From assembly GCF_002105155.1 (NCBI RefSeq), contig NW_019028982.1, positions 372,001 to 436,000 of the forward strand: a stretch of 64,000 nucleotides of DNA. Direction: 5' to 3'. Below, piece by piece: positions 13,433-21,186 of the stretch. Position 1 is the stretch's first letter, and each line of letters opens with the position of its first letter. The position numbers were made by a program, and so were the translations under genes. The notes under the pieces were generated by a model that was given only the letters and a program-made list of their open reading frames with translations, had not been told where the DNA came from and ran no database searches. The DNA is from Lobosporangium transversale (Eukaryota).

Positions 13433-13765
13433 TCCCCCGCCAAGCTTGCACCTCACTCAGGCACTTTACATGTGTTTGGTGCGTCTCCCCGCGGCGTTGC
13501 ATCAGCCAGTAGTTCTGGTCCACCACAGGTGCGAACCAGGCGAAAATGTTGCTCCAGCGCTTCAACAGGTGTGGTTGTTTGTACTCGTTGATGATCGGTC
13601 GGCGGACTGTCAGAGAGTTGCGGGGCCAGCGGGGCGCATTAGTCAGACCACCTCCTCGTGGTGCGTCCTGGGCTGTCTGCTCATCTGCAGACAGGCGAAG
13701 AGTCTGACACTCTTTATAACTCTTAGTGTTATTATTTATTTATTTATTTATTTTTTATTTTTTAT

Positions 13766-13800
<35 letters not shown>
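13433..13800 (+). mobile_element. Putative short retroposed unit carrying an HDV-like ribozyme, ending in (TTTA)n/T-tract/poly(A)
   Basis: GC-rich island in AT-rich DNA, a poly(A) run ending at 13800, and a possible 6-bp TSD CTCTTT (13427-13432 / 13801-13806). The TSD is short and could be chance. Confidence 0.45.
13631..13708 (+). ncRNA. HDV-like (delta-like) self-cleaving ribozyme
   Basis: P1 GGGGCGC(13631-37)/GCGUCCU(13663-69) with G1-U wobble; P2 GUCAGAC(13642-48)/GUCUGAC(13702-08); P3 ACC/GGU; L3 UCCUCGU; P1.1 CC/GG(13670-71); P4 CUGUCUGC/GCAGACAG; J4/2 GCGAA with the catalytic C at 13696. Confidence 0.9.
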
Positions 13801-13804
<4 letters not shown>

Positions 13805-14326
13805 TTGTTCAACAAAGCATTAGCTCGTCTTGCTGGTGTACACCTTTCTTTCATCTCCTAGAGCAAAACTTCCTCGCAGCCATCTTTTTCCGAATACAGA
13901 AGCGAATGATTAGCCGCTTTGGAGGCATGAAGGTTTTGGTTGACTGTTATTTGTTAAACGATTTATTTGAGCAGGATTCAAGGAGTGAATGGACGATTCT
14001 GTAACAACGGTTGACGCTACGTCGGGCGAGCTTTTTTCTGAGCATAGTGGATAGGATATAGCTCAAATGACATTACTGTTTTATGTAAATATTGTAATAA
14101 CTATATTTTCCAGCATCATTCTGTACTATCCCCCAACCGTCGCTATCGAAGACGGTATCTTGGAATCGACTCGATGCAAATTCCGCTGCCTTTTTATCCT
14201 CAATTATTGCAATCCTCTTGTTGAACGTGATAGGAGCTGCCAAGTCCTTTTTAATAGTGCCCTTCAAATATCAAAACAAAAAATGTCATGACTTTTCGAC
14301 TATTGCGTTCGCCTAAAAATGGCAAA

Positions 14327-15105
14327 TTACAATTTTTTGTTTTGATATTTGAAGGGCGCTAATAATAAAAATTTTGTTCTTGGCTGCTGATGGTGGCGCG
14401 TGTACCATGATCCATTTGCCCGTGCGCGGCGCTGTAGACCCTCTTCCTTCTCTATAAACTCCAGTTGATCCGCAAGAGTTTTTCTTTTTGTCAAGTTGTC
14501 ACGAGTAAGACTTCCCAAGCAGTTGAGATTGTCGCGTAGTTCATAAAGTGTATTGATAACGGATTTAAACTTGGGTAGTGTTGTCACGGAGGTCGGAAGC
14601 TCAAAGCTAGCCTCTGGAACAGCGACATAGAGTGCCAGGGCAACAAGAAGAAGGGAGAATATGCATCCACTTAGACCAGCAGTTTGGATGCCAAATGCAG
14701 TGGAGTTATATAAAAGGTCTTTGTCGTCGGGAAGAATCTCTACCAAACAATTAGCGATATTTTTTGCCTCCCTAATAACTTTGGCACCATCCGAGTGAAC
14801 TTTGCTGAGTTGTGGTGAGCGAGCGACCTCCATAACACAGAGGGTATGCTCTTGACCTCTAAAGTCAAGAATAACACGTCCATCGATTTTGAATGAGGTA
14901 GCATTGGGATCTTCAAACATTTCCTGCTTCTCTTTATTGGCACTTTCCATGGTTGTCTCGCCAGTTTTCAGTCGAAGCTTTGCTGGCGAGCCAATTAGTA
15001 GACGAGCAAGGAGTGGCTGCCATAATCCCGATAGGAGATCCATTTCTGATGATGTACCTTCGGAACTATCAGGCGAAAGAAGGTGTGGATATGAAATCAT
15101 TGCAT
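14327..15105 (-). pseudogene. Disrupted PD-(D/E)XK-like nuclease-fold gene of a type expanded in Mucoromycota, 5' part interrupted by a MITE
   Basis: LWQPLLARL...KTGETT...FKIDGRV...MEVAR...KVHSDGAKVIREAK...GIQTAG...FELPTS pattern. The N-terminal part of ORF 14327-15214 is translated MITE sequence. Family assignment from recall. Confidence 0.6.
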
Positions 15106-15216
15106 CAGTGATCCTATTTGAGCCGAACGGACCGAATTCGAATGGCTTCGAATAAGCCCTATCCTGGATCGATTCGAATGACGCGAATAGTTCGAATGGC
15201 TCGAATAGGAACACTG
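15106..15216. mobile_element. 111-bp MITE with 19-bp TIRs
   Basis: CAGTGATCCTATTTGAGCC ... GGCTCGAATAGGAACACTG (2 mismatches), internal TTCGAAT repeats, AT dinucleotide on both flanks. Confidence 0.8.
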
Positions 15217-15558
15217 ATGAAAGGTAGCATTGTTACGCGTAGCGTAAGCATGGTCACTATATTATAACACACAATCAAAATAAAAAAATATATATATATA
15301 TTAATAAAATCACTACAAACACAAGTTTAATATAATCATTTCCTATTGTGCCAATGGTTCAAATGAATCGAATCATTAGAATCGAATTCGAACTTACCTT
15401 ATCCGAACAGGAGCACCGCATTGCATCAATCATAGTCCATAAAAATGTAATGTTGTTGACACGAGACTCCGTTGCATTCGTTATCTGTTTTGTCAGATTG
15501 AGGAAGATTGCGTATGAATTTGTAAAAAAAGATCGTATTGGTTTTAGTATCAGGTGTC

Positions 15559-15640
15559 TAGTATGGCATACTAGTACTGCGTACCAAAATAACGAAAGTT
15601 TAGTATGACATACTCGTACTGCGTACCAAAATAACAAAAA
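15559..15640. repeat. Two 42-bp direct repeats, each starting with a palindrome
   Basis: tagtatggcatactagtactgcgtaccaaaataac / tagtatgacatactcgtactgcgtaccaaaataac; TAGTATG-N-CATACT(A) dyad. Confidence 0.85.
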
Positions 15641-16404
15641 CAATCCCCCTTCCACAGCTGCAAAGTATCCAAATTCACCATCCCTCTTCACAAAGGCTGT
15701 CGTATAGAGCATCTGGTCTCTATGGCTCCTGAGAACGCGGATATACGTATATGGAGTCGAACTGTCACCAACTATCAAAAGACAAGTAATCTCTCGGGTT
15801 ACAAATGGATGGGAGGATAGACATTCCACAAAATAAACTGAGGTCTATCCATTGTATTTTGGTGAATTTGATAAACAAAATTTAGTACCGAGGGCGCTTG
15901 AGCTCTTAATAAAGGGAAAAGAAATAGAGTAGTAACACAGTAACACGGCACGCTATGCATCGTAGCAATGTATATTTACCGAAACAAACTACACGTTAGA
16001 GGTCCCTAATTACTGAACTCATCGTTGTGTGCTTAATAGTGTACGGAAATACTAGAGATGTATGCACGCGCTAAATGAAAGAAGTATCGGGGAACCATCC
16101 ATAATCTATAACAACACGGCTAACAAAAGTGCGAAGTAGAGCGGCATAGTATATTTCAATTATAGATAAATCATTTGTAATTCTGTATTTAGTCCCAGAG
16201 TCGCATAAAGAATGCCAGCATCTACTCTGAGCTACGTACGACCTTGATAAGATAAATATTCTGGTCAGTATTTGATACCTGGGTATCGACTCTGGATCTA
16301 AGCTTGTGTCGTGGAAGGCTTCCTGGTAGTGGTATTTAAGACTGAAATAAAGAGCACGTACAAATGAAAAAAAAGATTATTTGTACAGGGGAGCAGTGTA
16401 AATA

Positions 16405-16956
16405 GGATTAATCTATTTGGCAGCCTAGTTGCTAAATATTATTTGGCAGCCCATTGCCAAATATAATCAACTTTCAAGACTCTCTTTGGCAGCCCAGTTG
16501 CCAAATAACATTCATTATTTACTTGGCAGCCTACCCAGCGTTATTTGGCCTCTAACTATTTTTTTTTTTTTTTTTTCATTCCTAGGAACCGTATGTGTGT
16601 ATAACGCTCATACTTTAAATTAATAAAGCTCCCATCTTCTACGTCATGGTTATGTGTAGTGACATTGTCTTGTCTCATTGAAAACTAATGACTTTTTTTT
16701 TCAAGTAGGTCGCTCATACAGTTTTGGAGGTGCCATTTGGAGATCAATACCTATGAGAGGTTTTCGCTCGGAGCAAACGCGTCTCACCTGCTACCTAGAC
16801 GTCTTCAATAAATCATTCCTTAACCGTGTACATTGAAGGCTGTTTTGTGAAGATATCATCGCCGCTGCCCTTAGTACCTCCGGTGGCATTAGCTGTGCAA
16901 GGCAATGTATCCACAGAACGCTGCCTGTTTTACCACTGATGTTATGACCCTGTTAT

Positions 16957-16990
<34 letters not shown>

Positions 16991-17219
16991 TAATGTATTT
17001 GGCAGCCCAGCTGCCACCCAAGAGTGCGAAGTTAAGTGGCAGCCCCCAGAAGTAGGCTGCCAAATAGAGGCAAAAATTACTATAATTGGTATGGGCTGCC
17101 AAATAGATTAATCCTAGGCTCGTTCCCAGCCCCTTCACTTTAGGTGACTCAAAAAGGAAATGGAATTTCCTGTCACCTTTATAAAGTGAAGAGGGATGGG
17201 TACGAGCCTAGATTAATCC
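16405..17219. mobile_element. Non-autonomous DNA transposon (Mutator-like MITE) with 9-bp TSD
   Basis: TIR GGATTAATCTATTTGGCAGCC (16405-16425) / GGCTGCCAAATAGATTAATCC (17094-17114); TSD GTGTAAATA at 16396-16404 and 17220-17228; about 8 subterminal TGGCAGCC motifs. Confidence 0.88.
17115..17210. mobile_element. 96-bp fold-back MITE nested in the right TIR of the larger element
   Basis: TAGGCTCGTTCCCA...CTTCACTTTA / TAAAGTGAAG...TGGGTACGAGCCTA inverted arms; flanked by duplicated GATTAATCC (17106-17114, 17211-17219). Confidence 0.85.
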
Positions 17220-17294
17220 GTGTAAATAAGGCGTGAACGGTGGCCGTGCAAATATCCTTCGGCTGTATCAAAAGAGACGTTTATGCAAAATAAT

Positions 17295-17368
17295 CGCTCC
17301 TGGGTGGGCTTGAACCACCAACCTCCTGATTAACAGTCAGACGCGCTAACCAATTGCGCCACAAGAGC
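17295..17368 (-). tRNA. tRNA-Asn (GTT), intronless
   Basis: GCTCTTG-TGGCGCAATTGGTTAGCGCG-TCTGA CT GTT AA TCAGG-AGGTT-GGTGG TTCAAGC CCACC-CAGGAGC G cloverleaf; T4 run shortly downstream. Confidence 0.97.
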
Positions 17369-17471
17369 AGATAGCGAACGCATGCATTAATTATCTATAT
17401 TAAGTTACTTGCACCACGTGACTAGCCGAGAAGCCCTTAATGAGCTGCTGCTAACTTAATTTTTATGATCA

Positions 17472-19265
17472 GTCTGTGGTGTCGCTTTTTGATCTGAGGG
17501 TCCTTGTTATCAAAAAAAAAAAAAAAAAAAAAAAAAAATGTGGTGTCGCTTCAGGTAGAGTCGATGGGTATGCTTCATCCACCAAGGCAGAGCTAGTAGG
17601 ACTGTACGCAGCCATTCTAGTCAGTCCCCGTAACGTTCCAACGACTGTCTACATAGACAACATGGCGGTAGTGGTTCAGTTCAAGGACCTTGCTCAAAAG
17701 CGAGAAGCAAGCACTGAACGGCAGCGATTGCGATCCAAGTACGCAGTGTGGTGGGCAGCCATTTCGAGAGCGCTCTTAAGCAGGGCGGGAAGGTAACTGT
17801 GAAATGGATCAAGGGCCATGCTGGGAATAGAGGCAATATAAGGGCAGACCAAGCCGCCAAAGATGCTCATTTTAGCGAAATGTGGACAATCAAAGTACTG
17901 GAACACAACGATCTGCGCTGTCACGCTATTTTCGAGAACGAGGTGGTGGAGGATGATCTTAGACACCTGCTAAAGCTCCAATCAGCAGTGAGAACACATT
18001 ACTTGTGGGCGTCTCAGAACAGAGTCAGGAATTATATTGCAGACTGGCGAGAAGTAGAATGGAAAGCAAGCCTGCATATTCTTCACGATGGCAACACGCC
18101 TAGAGGCCTCTTCACCAGCCCAGCAGATTGTCACAAGAGAGCGCACAGAATAAAGAAGGTCCATGGTATGCTTCCTACACTCACTTATATGAGGCAATGG
18201 CGACCGGACCTGTATGAGACTGACATCTGCAGGATGTGTGAACAGGAGCAGGAGGACATAGAACACCTCTGGCGATGTCCCATGACACTGGACGAGCAAT
18301 TGAAAGGTTGGAAGCAGGCCATAGAACTCATCACGAAGGATGGCAAAAGAGCATTAGTGAAGGAGAAGAAGCTCTGGGAAGACAAACAAGGGAAAACACA
18401 GGAGCCAAACCTGAATAAAGGAGGTCCCTCGTTTACACCTGTAGCCGACAACGTGATTTGGGGCTCTTTGGAAGCGATGTTCAAGGGCGTCAGAGAGATT
18501 CGACATGCGAGCACTCTGTTTGGTGAGGAAGAGGTGGATATGGGGCGGAGGAACGAGGGTGAGGATGCTCACTGGACTGTCCAAGACTTGTACCACGGTT
18601 TGGTGCCGAAGGAACTGATACAAAAATGGAAGACGATCTTCAGAACCACAGCATCGATCTCAAGGTACATTGTTTGCCGCTTTGTCAAGTCAATCGAGGA
18701 ACTCGGCAGGACTGAAATCTGGAACAGACGCTGCAAAGTCACCGTCAACTGGGAAAGAGACAATGGTATCACCTCTGTGAGCAAACGCGCCAGGGGACGC
18801 AACTGTGTTGGGAGGCACAGACGTAGCAGAGGTGAATTCTTTGGCTCTCACCAGGGACAACGACGAACAGCAGATGTGAAGGCGATCAGGACTGAGGCAG
18901 ACCGGCGAGTGGCGGCAAGCTACCGGCAGCAGGTGGAATTGGCGATTATGGAGCGCCTGGAAAGCTGTAAATTTTTGATGATTGAAGACAGCGGCTAAAG
19001 GATGACCTTCGCACACAACAGGCCAAGTAGGGAGTAGAGCCGTGCCACAGATCCTCTGGGACCAAGGAAGTCTACTCAATGCTGACGTGGTTTATGAACA
19101 GGATGTAGTACTGTGGCAGTATGACGATGCGGCTTCGGTCGATTATTGGATACCGCTTTATTTGCGCCCCTAATAATAGGGCAACCCATTTACAGAGTCT
19201 ATCTCCAATAAATCCTCATGACCTCGTGGGTCCCAGTTATCAAAAAAAAAAAAAAAAAAAAAAAA
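17472..19265 (+). mobile_element. 5'-truncated non-LTR retrotransposon (RNase H, CCHC zinc knuckle, 3' UTR, A24 tail), frameshifted
   Basis: RNase H motifs SSTKAELVGLYAAI...VYIDN and, after a frameshift near 17780, VKWIKGHAGNRGNIRADQAAK; CRMCEQEQEDIEHLWRC; stop at 18998; ends GTTATC(A)24. The 5' boundary is approximate. Confidence 0.9.
17488..17538 (+). mobile_element. Extremely truncated non-LTR insertion (24 nt + A27) with 13-bp TSD
   Basis: TSD TGTGGTGTCGCTT at 17475-17487 and 17539-17551; ends GGGTCCTTGTTATC(A)27, like the neighbouring LINE tails. Confidence 0.9.
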
Positions 19266-19534
19266 TCATCACCTCTGCGAACAGGTCAAGTGAGGAGTAG
19301 AGCCGCTCCACGGGTTTCCAGGGGACCAAGGAAGCCTAATTAATACTGACGTGGTTTATGAACAGGACGTTGTACTGCGGCAGTACAACGTTACAGCTTT
19401 AGCAGATTTTTAGATATCGTTTTATTCGCGGCCCAGTATTGGGGCAACCCATTTAATGAGCTAACCTCTTAATGATTTCTGCATGGCCTCGTGGGTCTTC
19501 GTTATCAAAAAAAAAAAAAAAAAAAAAAAAAAAA
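19266..19534 (+). mobile_element. Diverged 3'-UTR fragment of the same LINE family with A28 tail
   Basis: Colinear with 19016-19241 (shared GGAGTAGAGCCG, GGGACCAAGGAAG, CTGACGTGGTTTATGAACAGGA, GGGCAACCCATTTA, CCTCGTGGGTC, GTTATC(A)n). Confidence 0.9.
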
Positions 19535-21118
19535 CACTAATGGACATACCACTCACCCAGACCATAAAGCAAGAAGAGTCGTGCCATCACGCACGGCGGC
19601 TAAAGCAGCTTAATAAAAAAATGAAGTAGAACGCGAAAAGGTGCCAATCAAAATTAATAAACGAGAGAGTATAATATGTTGGAAATACAATCCCAATGAC
19701 AGAAACCAAAACCATCATAGTTTAGAGCGCTCCATCAATTTTTTTTTTAAAAAAGAGACGGAAGACTCCTTTTTTCAGCCTAGGCTCACATAGGAGCAAA
19801 AGAACCTAGGCTTGAATTAAAAAACAGCTTAAGGATCGAGGACTCGAAGAACGACTGGGGAGCTAAAGTAAGGTCAGCCAAGAATTGAACACATACAATC
19901 CATTGGTTTACAAATTGCCTATTTGCTTCTAGCTCTATCCTTTGACAAACTACTACCTCAACCAGAAAGAGGGTAGTTTACAAAGCTATAAGTGCCGTCC
20001 ATCCAGTCTGGCTATGCCCGACCAAACTCTCCAAGGATATTTCTGTGACAGTTACTATCATGAATCAATCCATTTACGTTCACGATTCCTATCCAATTAA
20101 ATTATTAATTGTTGGTCAGACTAAAGTGTCTTTGTTTGCTATTACGAGGTAAAGATCTCTGCAAAGCTCTTAATAAGACCTTGATGCCAACTTCCCTTCT
20201 GTTCATTCGTTACTATTCATAAAGATACTCATAGTCTTTATCGGATTTGACAAGATCACTACTTGTTATTAACTTTATCAACATTTTTTGACATCCTTGT
20301 CTATTTTATTTATTTCTTATGCATTGTCCTGGTATCTACGCCGACAATAACAAAGGCTACCCAGCCACATAACGGGAAGCTAGTCGCTTCTCAAGGTGTA
20401 GTGTCGAGTCCTAGGGTAGTTGTTCCTTTTCTTAAGCTGCCTTGAAGGTGGTCAAGACGAAAGCTAGCAGGGAGTTATCAACAACCATTGGGACTGATGG
20501 CAACGTGAAATGGCTTACGGAACATGAAAACAAAGAGGTCAATAGCTGCTTTGAATTGTCCCTAGTCGTGTCCCTTTTAATGAACTTCGTCATAGCCTTC
20601 ACGTAGTATTCTGATTTTACGAATGGAATGAAGTGGCCCTGGACGCTCTCCTAAACCCCTGGACGTGGCATAATGGGGAAACTTGAGACTGTCGTTATCT
20701 AAAGGCTGTGAAGTGTAGCTAGAAGATGGCCTTTGCGTACAACAGGCTAGATAGAGGGCTCAAGGTTCATCATAAGGTTCATAGGGATCAAGAGAGCTAC
20801 TGTTCATCTTGACATAAGTTTGTGAATAGTGTGTTACGTAGTGCGACAATAGAATTAAGGCAGTTTACAATAAGGTATTCCACTTTAGAGCCCGGTATCC
20901 ATACGCCTTCATGACTTCGTAAGATCTAGTTATCAATTTGAGGCGATGGAAGTTGTAGTGTCATTTTGGGATTTGGGGCAGCAAGCCACAAGTCTACACT
21001 ACACGAGCAACTGCGCCACCTGTACAAGTTTTTTTTTTTTTTTTTTTTTTTCCCACAGACATTCAATTGCTGCCACAGACATATTTTTACCGCCTTACTT
21101 TTTAACATAAAAATATAT

Positions 21119-21186
21119 AGGACAGGACAGGACAGGGCAGGATAGGGTAGGCCAGGATAGGGTAGGCCAGGATAGGATTGGACAGG
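21119..21186 (+). repeat. Degenerate pentamer array (NNAGG)n abutting the F-box gene start
   Basis: gacaggacaggacagggcaggatagggtaggccaggatagggtaggccaggatagg. Confidence 0.8.

Noticed and set aside
15559..17114. CRISPR-like repeat-spacer array
   Set aside because: Eukaryotic context, irregular spacing and mixed orientation; explained by a tandem duplication and MITE subterminal motifs.
17468..19268. ATCA as TSD of the main LINE
   Set aside because: Only 4 bp and overlapping the poly(A); consistent with the reading frame but too short to rely on.
19540..20900. Possible degenerate transposon coding remnants
   Set aside because: No TIR, TSD, tail or recognisable motif.
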